From an uncultured cyanobacterium (GTDB lineage: Bacteria > Cyanobacteriota > Cyanobacteriia > Cyanobacteriales > CAWCAG01), in contig CAWCAG010000009.1 of the NCBI GenBank assembly GCA_963793425.1, positions 704,001-768,000 on the forward strand: a stretch of 64,000 bases of DNA, read 5' to 3'. The notes under the pieces were generated by a model, which ran no database searches, had not been told where the DNA came from, and was given only the letters and a program-made list of their open reading frames with translations. Positions 17,201 through 26,939 of this stretch are shown piece after piece. The translations under genes and the position numbers were made by a program. Each line of letters starts with the position of its first letter. The first letter of the stretch is position 1.

Positions 17201-19889
17201 AGAACCAGCGAGGGCCGCTTTACAACCTTTACACCGAACTATAGAAATTGGTCTAGAAACTGGGGATATTGAGTTTGCAGCTTATGCAGCCCTACCTTCT
17301 TGCTCCAATCCCTTTTTTATCGGGGAACCCTTAATATCTGTTCAACGACAACAGGGTGAATTGATCCCCTTAATCGCCAACCTCAAACAACAATTCCAAC
17401 TTCACTATGCCCAAATTTGGGGGCAAATCGTTTTGAATTTACGGGGAGAAACCCCAAACCCTTGCCTGCTGGTAGGAGAGATTTTTGATGAAGCTACAAT
17501 GCTACCCCAACTGCAAGCTAGCAACAACCTCAGTTCTTTGTTTTGTATCTATCTTGCTAAAACTATCCTTAACTATCTCTTCCAAGACTTTGAGGCTGCT
17601 GTTACCAACGCCACCTTAACCGAACAGTATGCTCCTGCTATGGTAGGTTTATTAGCCCTAGGGGAACATAAATTTTACTATTCCTTAGCCTTATTAGGGA
17701 GATACCCCCAGGTAGAAAGTAGTTTGCAAAAAGACTATCTACAACAAGTAGCTATCAACCAAGCCCAAATGAAAACTTGGGCCGACAATGCCCCAACTAA
17801 CTTCCAACACAAATATCTCTTAGTAGAAGCAGAAAAAGCCCGTATCCTCAGACAAAAATGGTCAGCTACAGAATTTTATGATCAAGCAATTAAGCAAGCT
17901 AAAAACTCTGAGAATATCCCCCAAGAAGCCCTTGCTTATGAACTTGCTGCTCAGTTTTATTTAAGCTGCGATCGCCAAGAAATTGCCCAACTCTACATGA
18001 AAAAAGCCCACTACCACTACTTGCGCTGGCAAGCTACAGCTAAAGTAGAAGACATTGTGCAACGTCACAGTTCCTTGTTAGAAAAATTCCCTGAACAAAA
18101 AGAAGATCAACACAACAACACATCTTCTTCTAGTTCAGGAGAAGCGTTAGACTTGACCGCTATCATTAAAGCAAATCAAGCAATTTCCCAAGAAATTAAG
18201 CTAGATAAATTGCTAGCTACCTTAATGAAAATCTTGCTTGAAAATGCTGGGGCAACGAAAGGTTGCTTAATTTTACCTTCAGGGGATGGTAGCTTATTAA
18301 TTGAAGCCCAAGGAACAGTAGACAGTGAATCTATCTCAGTCTTGGAATCCCTTCCCCTTGGTATCCGCTTGCCTGTCTCTATTATAAACTACGTTGTCCG
18401 TAGCCAAGAAACTGTAGTTTATAACAACCTGCAACAAGAAAAGCTATCAGTAAATGACCCCTATTTACAAAAGCAACAACCCCAGTCTCTTCTCTGTGTC
18501 CCCATCACTAACCAAGGTAAACTGGTTTTCTTAGTTTATCTAGAAAATACTCTCACCACAGGAGCCTTCACTGCCGAGAGATTGCAACTACTCACCATAC
18601 TCTCTTCTCAAGCAGCCATCTCCATCAAAAATGCCCAACTTTATACCGAAGTGCAAGCCAGCAAAAGCAAACTAACACAATTCCTCGAAGCTATCCCAGT
18701 AGGAGTTTTTGTTTTGGATGCCAAAGCTCAACCCTACTATGCTAATAGTGCTGCACAACAGATTTTAGGTAAAGGTATTACCAAAAATGATAACATAGAA
18801 ACTCTTGCAGATATTTATGATACCTACATAGCTGGCACTAACCAAAAGTACCCGACCGAACAACTACCCGTAATTCGTGCCTTGCGGGGGGAATCTTCCA
18901 CCATAAACAACATAGAAATTCATCAAAAAGATAAAGTAGTCCCTTTAGAGGTTTGGGGAACTCCTGTTTATAATGCCCAAGGTCAGGTAATCTATGGCAT
19001 TGCCGCCTTTCAAGATATCACAGAACGAAAAACATCAGAAGCAGAAGTAGCTAAATTCACCGCTGGCCTCTTGCGACTCAACGAAGCTTGTTCTCGTTTT
19101 GTTCCTAGGCAATTTCTCACCTTGTTAGGCAAAGAAAGTATTGCTGATGTGCAACTAGGAGATTGTGTGCATCAGGAAATGTCAGTATTGTTCGCTGACA
19201 TCCGCAACTTTACCACCTTATCCGAAGCCATGACTCCAGAGGATAACTTTAAGTTTATCAATGCTTATCTTTCCCGTATGGAACCCAGTATTATTGAAAA
19301 TCATGGTTTCATCGACAAATACATTGGTGATGCTATCATGGCTCTTTTTCGTAAGGAAGCAGACGATGCTGTCAAAGCTGCCATTGCTATGTTGCAGACA
19401 TTAAGTACCTATAACCAAACTCGCCAAGGACCCCTACGTCCCCCCATCAAAATCGGTATTGGCATCAATACTGGTTCTTTAATGTTAGGTACTGTGGGAG
19501 GCAAATCTCGCTTAGATAGCACCGCCATTAGTGATGCAGTTAATTTGGCTGCTCGTTTAGAGGACTTAACCAAAAGATATGAAGTCTCTTTACTAATTTC
19601 TCATCATACCCTAGCTCGCCTCCAAGACCCAACTCAATATCATATCCGCCTCATTGCCCAGATTGTCCCCAAAGGAAAATCTCGACCTGTAGCGGTTTTT
19701 GAAGTTTTTGATGGCGATCCTCCTGAAATTCGGGCTGCGAAATCAGATACTATCCAGTTTTTTGAGGAAGCCTTGCAACTTTTCTATCGCCATTCCCACT
19801 CCCAAGCCGCCAAATTATTTCAGCAATGCTTGCGCCTCAATCCTGATGATAAGGTGGCACAAATTTATCTCGAACGCTGTGGAATGTAA
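14220..19889 (+). CDS. Ser/Thr kinase - AAA ATPase - GAF - PAS - class III adenylate/guanylate cyclase
   Basis: HKDINPSN and DFG kinase motifs; GSAGIGKS P-loop; FLDDLQWAD; GAF domain; FADIRNFT, DKYIGDAIM and VNLAARLE cyclase motifs. Confidence 0.92.
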   Translation: MINVPGYKILSQIHESTNSLVFRGIREQDRQPIILKVLKQNYPTPEEIRRYQQEYTILRNLEIEGVVTAYSLEKYRHTLVIILEDFGGESLQILAKEKPLALDDFLLIASKIVTILGQVHAAKIIHKDINPSNIVFNPTTGKLKLIDFGISTVFAQENSPSTNPLILEGTLAYISPEQTGRMNRYLDYRSDFYSLGVSFYELLSGSLPFKSKDPLELVHCHIAKTALPLGNSEREIPQVVADIVMKLMAKNAEDRYQSAWGIKTDLEECLLQLQTTEQISLFPLGTQDITDKFQIPQKMYGREKEVRQLLEAFEIFSPRNEEKGRWGEEENKFNSKLILVTGSAGIGKSTLIASLYEPITAKRGYFITGKFDHYQQNLPYFGIIQAFRGLIKHLLAETETQLNQWREKIQTALGINGRVISEVIPEVELLIGSQPDIPNLAPAEAQNRFNLVFQKFSQVFAQREHPLVLFLDDLQWADQASMQLIKLLINATNLFVIGAYRDCEVKETNFINLMIEEINQNEVVVKKIALQPLKLKQVTQLIVDTFNSDAKRVASLAQLVLIHTNGNPFFINVFLHSLYQEGLFHFQYPQVNFNHQWGWQWDLKRIQEWGFTDNVVELMAGKIQNFVTSTQQILKLAACLGNRFKLQTLATVAEKSPEEIILSLQEAIAQRLITALQKEYPNSEPEVEYKFSHDRLQQAVYSLIPPQERKFTHWQIGQLWYSSLSEEKRQEHLFAIVNQMNEGVKFLPGEQTKQELIKLNLQAGKRAKAANAYQTAVRYFDVALSLLPPDSWQTNYQLTLDLSVEAVEAQYLNTNFPEAEKLAQEVLSQGKTVLDKIKVYQTQIQFYGAQNQMEAAINTALHALEMLDITLLASPPSQEIVIEDLYKLPTMTQADKLAALRILMLVFAPAFIAKPALLSPIAFTMVDLCIKYGNSPLAAYAYTFYGFLLCGVMGQIPQGYQFGQLGLQLSNNFEAREVQCKVHNLFNAHIRHWREPARAALQPLHRTIEIGLETGDIEFAAYAALPSCSNPFFIGEPLISVQRQQGELIPLIANLKQQFQLHYAQIWGQIVLNLRGETPNPCLLVGEIFDEATMLPQLQASNNLSSLFCIYLAKTILNYLFQDFEAAVTNATLTEQYAPAMVGLLALGEHKFYYSLALLGRYPQVESSLQKDYLQQVAINQAQMKTWADNAPTNFQHKYLLVEAEKARILRQKWSATEFYDQAIKQAKNSENIPQEALAYELAAQFYLSCDRQEIAQLYMKKAHYHYLRWQATAKVEDIVQRHSSLLEKFPEQKEDQHNNTSSSSSGEALDLTAIIKANQAISQEIKLDKLLATLMKILLENAGATKGCLILPSGDGSLLIEAQGTVDSESISVLESLPLGIRLPVSIINYVVRSQETVVYNNLQQEKLSVNDPYLQKQQPQSLLCVPITNQGKLVFLVYLENTLTTGAFTAERLQLLTILSSQAAISIKNAQLYTEVQASKSKLTQFLEAIPVGVFVLDAKAQPYYANSAAQQILGKGITKNDNIETLADIYDTYIAGTNQKYPTEQLPVIRALRGESSTINNIEIHQKDKVVPLEVWGTPVYNAQGQVIYGIAAFQDITERKTSEAEVAKFTAGLLRLNEACSRFVPRQFLTLLGKESIADVQLGDCVHQEMSVLFADIRNFTTLSEAMTPEDNFKFINAYLSRMEPSIIENHGFIDKYIGDAIMALFRKEADDAVKAAIAMLQTLSTYNQTRQGPLRPPIKIGIGINTGSLMLGTVGGKSRLDSTAISDAVNLAARLEDLTKRYEVSLLISHHTLARLQDPTQYHIRLIAQIVPKGKSRPVAVFEVFDGDPPEIRAAKSDTIQFFEEALQLFYRHSHSQAAKLFQQCLRLNPDDKVAQIYLERCGM

Positions 19890-19945
19890 AGAGAGTTCGT
19901 TATATTAAAGTTATTAACCTGCCCTTTTTCTTAAATAAATATCCT

Positions 19946-21073
19946 GTGGTTCCTTCCCAAGAAACACTAAACCTGAAACGTACTCCCCTTTTTGACTTAG
20001 CCAGTCAACAAAAAGCCCGTTTTACAGCCTTTGCTGGTTGGGAGATGGCTGTCCAATATAGTAGCTTAAAACAAGAACACCAAGCCGTAAGAACATCGGT
20101 GGGGATGTTTGATATTTCCCACATGGGGAAGTTTGCTTTACAAGGAAAACGAATACGTGAACAACTTCAGCTTTTAGTCCCTTCCCATTTAGAAAGCTTA
20201 CAACCATGTCAAGCTCAGTATACTGTACTGCTTAATACCCAGGGGGGAATTATTGATGATCTAATTTTTTACTACCAAGGAGAAGATCAAACAGGTTTAC
20301 AAAAAGGAATGGTTATTGTTAATGCTGCAACTAAAACTAAAGATAAAGCTTGGTTATTAGCTAACTTAGAAGCTGCCCCCGTTAAGCTGGCAGATATCTC
20401 CTCAGATCAGGTTTTAATCGCCTTGCAAGGCCCCCAAGCAGTTGAGGTGATTCAACCCTACGTAAAAGAGAATCTCTCTTCACTCAAGGCGTTTGAACAT
20501 TTAGAAGCAACTTTGTTGGGGCAACCAAGTTTTATGGCCCGCACAGGCTATACAGGGGAAGATGGCTGGGAAATTATGGTAGCCCCTGATGCAGGAATGG
20601 AACTATGGCGTTTACTATTAAATGCAGGAGTAACTCCCTGTGGTTTAGGTGCGAGGGATACTTTACGCTTAGAAGCCGCTTTAGCTTTGTATGGTCAAGA
20701 TATTGATGAAACCACAACTCCTTGGGAAGCTGGTTTAGGTTGGTTAGTTCATTTAGATCGTCAAGGTAGTTTTATTGGTCGTTCGCTTTTAGAAAAGCAA
20801 AAAGCAGAAGGGGTAAAACGCCGTTTAGTTGGTTTGGAAATGCAAGGGCGACATATTGCCCGTCATGGTTATCCGGTTTTGTTTGCCGGTGAGGTTGTCG
20901 GGGAGGTTACTAGCGGTACTTTAGCACCCACCGTAGAAAAGGCGATTGCCTTAGCTTATGTTCCTAAGCAATTGGCAAAAATAGGGCAACATCTAGATGT
21001 GGAAATTCGCAATAAGTCTTATCCTGCTGTGGTAGTGAAGAAGCCTTTCTATCGTTCGCCGAATCGTAGATAA
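19946..21073 (+). CDS. gcvT: Glycine cleavage system aminomethyltransferase T
   Basis: FAGWEM, FDISHMG, RTGYTGEDG and GLGARDTLRLEA motifs. Confidence 0.97.
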   Translation: MVPSQETLNLKRTPLFDLASQQKARFTAFAGWEMAVQYSSLKQEHQAVRTSVGMFDISHMGKFALQGKRIREQLQLLVPSHLESLQPCQAQYTVLLNTQGGIIDDLIFYYQGEDQTGLQKGMVIVNAATKTKDKAWLLANLEAAPVKLADISSDQVLIALQGPQAVEVIQPYVKENLSSLKAFEHLEATLLGQPSFMARTGYTGEDGWEIMVAPDAGMELWRLLLNAGVTPCGLGARDTLRLEAALALYGQDIDETTTPWEAGLGWLVHLDRQGSFIGRSLLEKQKAEGVKRRLVGLEMQGRHIARHGYPVLFAGEVVGEVTSGTLAPTVEKAIALAYVPKQLAKIGQHLDVEIRNKSYPAVVVKKPFYRSPNRR

Positions 21074-21201
21074 AGAAATCCCCCAACACAAAAAGCGCGG
21101 GGGATTAACCATCAGGGTGCATCTACTAATTCTTTACTTCGACCACAAATAATCCTTTCCGGATCAAATAATCCTAAATCTGGTTTAGTTGCACAAATTA
21201 A

Positions 21202-21795
21202 ATGATCATGTCTTCTGTATTTGCTCATAGTTTGGTTGGGGCAGCTATCTACACTAGGGTCGGTAAACTAAATTCTCTACGGGGAATCTTTAGTTGCGCT
21301 TTTGTGAGCTTTTTAGCGATCATCCCTGATCTTGATTATGTTATTTACTGGCTATTTGACTCTAGGTTAGACCCCAGATATACCCACTCAATCTTTTATT
21401 GCTTAATTATCAGCGCCGTTGTTAGTTTAATTAAATTAACGATTTTCAAAAATGCCCTAGCTAGCATACCCTATTACTTACTATGGATATCACCATTAAC
21501 GCATCTAGCCCTAGATTTATTGGTTGGTGTCTATCCTATGCCTCTGTATTGGCCTGCAAATTCAGATTTAATGGTTCTCCCCTTCGGAATCTTACCCAGT
21601 GCCGGTAAACTCAATATTTTTAATTACTATTTTTGGCGTAACCTCGTTATAGAATTAGGGATCTTGCTGCCGATTGTCGGGTTGTTTGTCCCAGCTTTAA
21701 ATAAACATCTAGTTAAAGATAAATTATCTCTCAAAGTTCTCTGGTTACTGATATTTTGTGGTTTCGTATTTATGGGTGCAAATCTCACTAGGTAA
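21202..21795 (+). CDS. YdjM-like membrane-bound metal-dependent hydrolase
   Basis: HSLVG, PDLD, THS and HLALD motifs; hydrophobic. Confidence 0.8.
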   Translation: MIMSSVFAHSLVGAAIYTRVGKLNSLRGIFSCAFVSFLAIIPDLDYVIYWLFDSRLDPRYTHSIFYCLIISAVVSLIKLTIFKNALASIPYYLLWISPLTHLALDLLVGVYPMPLYWPANSDLMVLPFGILPSAGKLNIFNYYFWRNLVIELGILLPIVGLFVPALNKHLVKDKLSLKVLWLLIFCGFVFMGANLTR

Positions 21796-21814
21796 TAAGC
21801 AGCACCCTCAACAG

Positions 21815-22609
21815 CTAATTACTATTATTGGACTGAGAACCTTCACTGCCTCCTTGATTAGGATTCACCGGAGCTTCGTTAGGAAGTGGCTGATTTTGTC
21901 CTGGTTGGACAGGTATAGTTAATCCTGGTTCCACAGGTTGTCCTGGCTGAATTGGCTGCCCAAGGGGTGGTTGCTGGGGTTGTTGATTAGGAGTAGAAGG
22001 AAGTTGTTGCCCTGGTAGCCCTGGTAGCCCTGGGGTAAGAGGAGGAAGAGAGTTTCCCCCTCCAGGCGGCGTGTTGTTACCGGGGGAACCTATTCCCGGT
22101 AAAGGAGCAGGTGTTAAATTAGGAGAACTTTCATCTCCTGCACTAACAGTTGCTAAAGATACGCGATCGCCCCCTTCTTCACGGAGAATATCTAAGACTT
22201 CCATAACATCGTTATATTGAGTTTCCCTAGAAGCCCGCAGTACAATAGAGCCGTTAGGACTTTTCTTCGTATAGTCTTTGACAGCTTGTTCTAAGCGTTT
22301 TTTAGTCAGAACAGGAGTTTGATTGAGATAAACTTGCCCCGTATAATCCAAGCTGACAATTAGCATATCTTGCATTTGAGGGGTTCCTGTCTTCGCTTCC
22401 GGCAAATCCAGGTTAATTGCTTGCTGCCGAGATAAACCTACAGCCGCCAAAATGAAGAATGTCAAGATGCAAAAAATAACATCAATGAGAGGGACAATTT
22501 CGATACGTATATCTTGGGCATCTGCTGAATCTAACCACAGTTTCAGGGGTGGCGCTGATAAAGCCGAATTCGAGGCTAAGGATTGTTTTTGAGAAGTTTC
22601 TTCCGTCAT
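21815..22609 (-). CDS. exbD: ExbD/TolR biopolymer transport protein with Pro-rich tail
   Basis: IVPLIDVIFCILTFF motif. Confidence 0.9.
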   Translation of the reverse strand: MTEETSQKQSLASNSALSAPPLKLWLDSADAQDIRIEIVPLIDVIFCILTFFILAAVGLSRQQAINLDLPEAKTGTPQMQDMLIVSLDYTGQVYLNQTPVLTKKRLEQAVKDYTKKSPNGSIVLRASRETQYNDVMEVLDILREEGGDRVSLATVSAGDESSPNLTPAPLPGIGSPGNNTPPGGGNSLPPLTPGLPGLPGQQLPSTPNQQPQQPPLGQPIQPGQPVEPGLTIPVQPGQNQPLPNEAPVNPNQGGSEGSQSNNSN

Positions 22610-22722
22610 AAGTTATGCTGCTTTGGGACAAGTTATTAGAGTAGGGTAAACTTTACTTTTGAGAATAAATAGAGTAAGGCAATAGGCGAAATGTTTTCAT
22701 CACCTCATCACCTCACCATCGA

Positions 22723-23457
22723 TCATTCTTCATCAGCAAATTTATCTTCAGAAGGAGGTAGATTAGGGGGGAACTCTTCCTCTTCCCTTATTTCTGGCTC
22801 AACTTTCTCGCTTTTTGGTAAGGTTACTCCGTACCACTTATGACGATAAATAACCTCTAGTTTATTACCCGCCCGACGAAAAAGTCTGACTTGGTTAAAC
22901 CAGAAGCCTTGAAACAAGCGATAGAAAGCTAAGCTAATAATAGCGACTATCAGTCCGGCTGCAGTGGAAATTAAAGATTCACCAATACCTAAAGTAACTC
23001 CTGATGTTGAAGATGTTCCTAAATCACTAATTTGAATGGAACTCAGGGAGTTGATTAAACCCAACACTGTACCCAACAATCCTAATAAAGGAGATAAAGC
23101 AATGACCGCTTCAAAAATCTTTTCTCCCCGACGCATTGCTGCTAATTCATTATCTGCGGCTGCTTCAATTGCTAGGTGAATAAATTCTGGCTCTGGATTG
23201 GTTAGTTGCAAAGGTGCACCTAAAAAGCGTCCGATGGGATGATTGTCGTAATCTTCGGCAATTTCCTCGGCCATTTCCCAATTGCGTCCTGCAGCATCTA
23301 AGATGTTATTGAGGATTTGCCTTTGAGCAATTAATACTCCTCCCCAAAACCAAATACGCTCTATAATCGTTCCCAAAGTGAGAATCGATAATAAGAGCAA
23401 AATTACTAATATCCAAATGGATATACTACTACTTTCAATAATGTCTTGAAATGTCAC
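22723..23457 (-). CDS. exbB: MotA/TolQ/ExbB proton channel protein
   Basis: [13 protein letters not shown] and [13 protein letters not shown] motifs. Confidence 0.9.
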   Translation of the reverse strand: MTFQDIIESSSISIWILVILLLLSILTLGTIIERIWFWGGVLIAQRQILNNILDAAGRNWEMAEEIAEDYDNHPIGRFLGAPLQLTNPEPEFIHLAIEAAADNELAAMRRGEKIFEAVIALSPLLGLLGTVLGLINSLSSIQISDLGTSSTSGVTLGIGESLISTAAGLIVAIISLAFYRLFQGFWFNQVRLFRRAGNKLEVIYRHKWYGVTLPKSEKVEPEIREEEEFPPNLPPSEDKFADEE

Positions 23458-23631
23458 TTTTTTTTATGCCTCCGTTTCCTCACCCACACCAAAACTAGTT
23501 TGGCTTATTTAGACCATTACAATTCTACGGTCGGAAGTAGTAAGTTATGAAGTTAAAAAACATGATTGGGTTTCTTAATCTTCCTATTTAAGTAGAGAGT
23601 GGCAAAAAAGCAATCTCTCAACAGCAGATAA

Positions 23632-24108
23632 TTACTGAATTTGCCAATAATAAAGAGTTACTTCTTCTTGTTCTGTTTCTAAAGAAATAGTTTGTGAAGG
23701 TTCCCAGTCTCCTAATTTAAAATCACGGGAGATTACTTTAGCACCGGGTTGGAGTTGTTGCCAAAGCTGCGATCGCAAGCGTAAGTTCAAATGGGGCAAT
23801 AAATACATGATTACTACCGTAGCTTCACCGAAATTAGCAGCAAATAAGTCTTGGTGACGGAACTCAACTAAGGAAGCAATGCCCGCTGCTTGAGCATTTC
23901 CCTGTCCCTGTTGAATCCTTTGGGGGTCAATATCAATACCAACACCTTTTGTACCATACTTTTGCGCCGCAGTGATGAGAATACGCCCATCTCCACTACC
24001 CAGGTCATAGAGAATGTCTTGAGAAGTTAATTTTGCTAAACTAAGCATAGATTCAACTATTTGTGGCGAAGTGGGAATGTAGCCAATATCTGGCTTTCTT
24101 AAGTTCAT
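23632..24108 (-). CDS. Class I SAM-dependent methyltransferase
   Basis: YDLGSGDGRI and GIDID motifs. Confidence 0.9.
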   Translation of the reverse strand: MNLRKPDIGYIPTSPQIVESMLSLAKLTSQDILYDLGSGDGRILITAAQKYGTKGVGIDIDPQRIQQGQGNAQAAGIASLVEFRHQDLFAANFGEATVVIMYLLPHLNLRLRSQLWQQLQPGAKVISRDFKLGDWEPSQTISLETEQEEVTLYYWQIQ

Positions 24109-24128
24109 AAATTAAGGTTTGCGGTAAG

Positions 24129-24350
24129 ATGAAACCAGTTAAAGAAATTGATATTTTTGCTCAAGAACGTCCTCTTCCTTCTCCCGCCCAAAGGAGATTA
24201 CTGTACCAACAGCAATTAGAGCAAGAAAAACGACGAGGCTATGCAAAACTAACGGAATTATGCCGTTTAGGAGAAAATGACGCAGCACGACACCTCGCTA
24301 GACGCAACCCTCAATGGGGTTATCAAGTAGTTGAAGGGCAAGTTTATTGA
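24129..24350 (+). CDS. Small hypothetical protein
   Basis: 73-aa ORF filling the intergenic space, natural composition. Confidence 0.6.
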   Translation: MKPVKEIDIFAQERPLPSPAQRRLLYQQQLEQEKRRGYAKLTELCRLGENDAARHLARRNPQWGYQVVEGQVY

Positions 24351-24376
24351 TTTCTCTGGTAATTAAATCACAAAAG

Positions 24377-25246
24377 TTACGAATAACTCACTACCATCTC
24401 AACCTCTGTTTCGCAACTTTCTCCTGGCTCAAGATTAATCAAATTTTCCCCGGTATTGAGGGCATTGCGTAAAGCTGTCCAAGGTTCTAAACAAGAGTAT
24501 TTTTTGCCTTTTACTGTCCAAAAAACTAGAGCGGTATAGAGGTCAGAGTAATTTAAGCTCACCTTCCAATTGCTACGATTGTTTTTTAGGGAACCACTAT
24601 TTTTGCTCACAGGACTAAAAGCAATATCGATTTCTTCTTGCTCAAAATTTAACTTACCTGTAAAGGGATGAATTTCTTTAGTGTTTTGATCTTGGTATTG
24701 ATTAGCGGGAATTTCTAGTACCAAATCTTTTTTGTTTGAGGTGAAAAAATAAGGATGTAGCCCGCTGGAAAAAGGCATAATTTCAGCAGATTTGTTGATA
24801 TATTGCTGTTTAATTACCAGCTTATTACCTTTAATTCGGTAGGTAAAAGCTAGTTCAAAATCAAAAGGATAAACTTGGCGAGTTTCCTCATTACTTTCTA
24901 AAACCAGGGTGATTCCCGCAAAATCTTCGGTAAATTGTTCTTGAACTTCCCAAGGTAGGTTACGGGCAAAACCATGTTGCTTGAGGATATATTGCTGATT
25001 TCGATAAATATAAATATCATCAGGTAAGTTGCCGCAAATGGGAAATAAGATCGGGATTCCTCCCCGTACACTTAATTCAGGGTTAGCAAAGCGCTCTTCG
25101 TCTAGATAAAGGATATCCTGACCCTGTATGCGCCAACTAGTTACCATCCCTCCTCTTTCTGGTACTACCTCAAGGCGAGATTGGGCTTCTCTATCCCAAA
25201 GAATATAAGTTTGGTAACTCTCTTGCTTGATTGCAATCTCGAACAT
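24377..25246 (-). CDS. Aldose 1-epimerase family protein
   Basis: RGGIPILFP, HGFAR, GLHPYF and CLEPW motifs; ATG at 25246 preferred. Confidence 0.92.
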   Translation of the reverse strand: MFEIAIKQESYQTYILWDREAQSRLEVVPERGGMVTSWRIQGQDILYLDEERFANPELSVRGGIPILFPICGNLPDDIYIYRNQQYILKQHGFARNLPWEVQEQFTEDFAGITLVLESNEETRQVYPFDFELAFTYRIKGNKLVIKQQYINKSAEIMPFSSGLHPYFFTSNKKDLVLEIPANQYQDQNTKEIHPFTGKLNFEQEEIDIAFSPVSKNSGSLKNNRSNWKVSLNYSDLYTALVFWTVKGKKYSCLEPWTALRNALNTGENLINLEPGESCETEVEMVVSYS

Positions 25247-25462
25247 ATTATCTTCACTATTGTTCACTTTTTGCAGTTCGTGATTATTGAGCCGAACCAA
25301 AACCAGCAATGGTTAATTATTGCTCAACAATCTGACAACTTTTGCTATCTTTAAATATCCTAATTGATCTGTGAACTTCAAGCTTAAACTTGAGCATGAT
25401 TGCTTAAGACAACATTAAGAATCCTCGTAGCAGTTACCATATCTAAGGCTTGCTGAAAGCAA

Positions 25463-25478
25463 TGTGATACAAATCACA
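25463..25478. promoter_or_regulatory. CRP (SyCRP1-type) binding site
   Basis: Perfect TGTGA-N6-TCACA (TGTGATACAAATCACA) about 90 nt upstream of the ORF at 25570. Confidence 0.7.
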
Positions 25479-25569
25479 GCATTTTGCTGCTGGAATCAAT
25501 ACTTTGAACCAGGATCTATTAGACAATTCTAATTAACCAAACCCATCAGTCAAATTCGCCATCTAAATC

Positions 25570-25785
25570 ATGATTAAGTCATTAGTTACATCAGCTTTTC
25601 AGACGGGCTGTTTAAGCGTGGCTTCTGAAAGCTTAATACGCCAACTTCAGTCCATAAAAAGTTTTGAGTTGTCAGAATTAGAAGTTCTTTCTAGTCTTGA
25701 ACAAGCTCTCAATACAGGTGAAATTGAAAGAGAATTCAAAAGAGCTAATAATGAGATTATCTCCTACAGTATGTCAAAGCAATAA
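25570..25785 (+). CDS. Small cyanobacterial hypothetical protein
   Basis: 71 aa; MIKSLV..AFQTGCLS pattern typical of small cyanobacterial proteins. Confidence 0.65.
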   Translation: MIKSLVTSAFQTGCLSVASESLIRQLQSIKSFELSELEVLSSLEQALNTGEIEREFKRANNEIISYSMSKQ

Positions 25786-25934
25786 TATTTGCTTACAAAA
25801 ATCTACAAAGCTTCATAAAAGTACATAGTTGAGCATAAATAACTGTCAGAAAATTTCTGTTCTTAAAGAAATATATTCTTTAGCTTTTCAACCTTTACGA
25901 TATTCAATAAATTAACACAAACTTCACCTTTTCT

Positions 25935-26660
25935 TCAAGAAGTTGTTAACATCTGAGTTAAGAAAAAGGCAAAGCCGGCGCTACCGATAGGAACAGTTAA
26001 ATTATCTATTCCTAGTTGAGAAAAAGCTTCTAAGGCAGTGGCGAAAACAGCGACACAAAACGAAGTTAACCAAGTTTGCCAAAGATTGCCTTGAACGTTC
26101 CATAAAACCAGAAACACGACTAAATAACTCGCCACAGCCATAGTCAAAGAACCTTCCCAACTTTTGGTTATATCCCCAATTTGATAACGATGTTGTCCAA
26201 ATTGGCGACCAATAATTGCGGCTAAACCATCTCCCCAAGCCATGACTAAAACACCAATAACAGCATAATAAGGGCGATTAATTGACCAAAACCAAGCAAC
26301 TAAAACCCCAATACTAACCGCATAGAAAAAAGTCCCCAAGCTTTTACGCCCCACGCTATTAATGCTAGGTAAAATGGGAACGTAATAAGAAACTAAAGCA
26401 ATTAAACTGGCAATTCCAGAAGCAGTAATACCAACCGCTGCAGGAATATTAAACCACCAGGCAAAGAGAATGACGTTACCAGTACCGATATGAACTATTT
26501 TCCTGGTTAGTTCAGCATCAGCTTTAGTAGAACGATTTAACCATTCGGTAAATAAAACAATGATTCCTAAGTAAAGGAAAACCAAACAAAGGGGTAACCA
26601 TGATGGTTGTAGCGAATCCAACCAAGGAAGAAAGTAAGCTATTAAATAATCAAGTGGCAT
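25935..26660 (-). CDS. Phytol/polyprenol kinase (CTP-dependent, Vte5-like)
   Basis: [23 protein letters not shown] and DNLTVP motifs. Confidence 0.88.
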   Translation of the reverse strand: MPLDYLIAYFLPWLDSLQPSWLPLCLVFLYLGIIVLFTEWLNRSTKADAELTRKIVHIGTGNVILFAWWFNIPAAVGITASGIASLIALVSYYVPILPSINSVGRKSLGTFFYAVSIGVLVAWFWSINRPYYAVIGVLVMAWGDGLAAIIGRQFGQHRYQIGDITKSWEGSLTMAVASYLVVFLVLWNVQGNLWQTWLTSFCVAVFATALEAFSQLGIDNLTVPIGSAGFAFFLTQMLTTS

Positions 26661-26679
26661 TCTTTGTCAAAAAATAGAG

Positions 26680-26907
26680 ATGAAAAAGTTATTAATTTGG
26701 TTCATTAAAGGTTATCGTACCTTCATTTCTCCGGTCATACCCCCTACTTGCCGTTTTCAGCCTACTTGTTCCCAATATGGACTAGAAGCGATTCAGCGTT
26801 TTGGCCCTTGGCAGGGAGGGTATTTAACCATTAAACGTATCCTCCGCTGTCATCCCTTTAACCCAGGAGGTTATGATCCTGTACCTTCTAAGTCTGCTAA
26901 GAATTAA
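26680..26907 (+). CDS. yidD: Membrane protein insertion efficiency factor
   Basis: [10 protein letters not shown] and [17 protein letters not shown] motifs. Confidence 0.95.
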   Translation: MKKLLIWFIKGYRTFISPVIPPTCRFQPTCSQYGLEAIQRFGPWQGGYLTIKRILRCHPFNPGGYDPVPSKSAKN

Positions 26908-26939
26908 ATGACGGGGAGATAGGGAGATGGGGGAAAGAT

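Noticed and set aside
21815..22140. Pro/Gln-rich repetitive tail of ExbD
   Set aside because: A low-complexity tail common in cyanobacterial ExbD; not a separate element.
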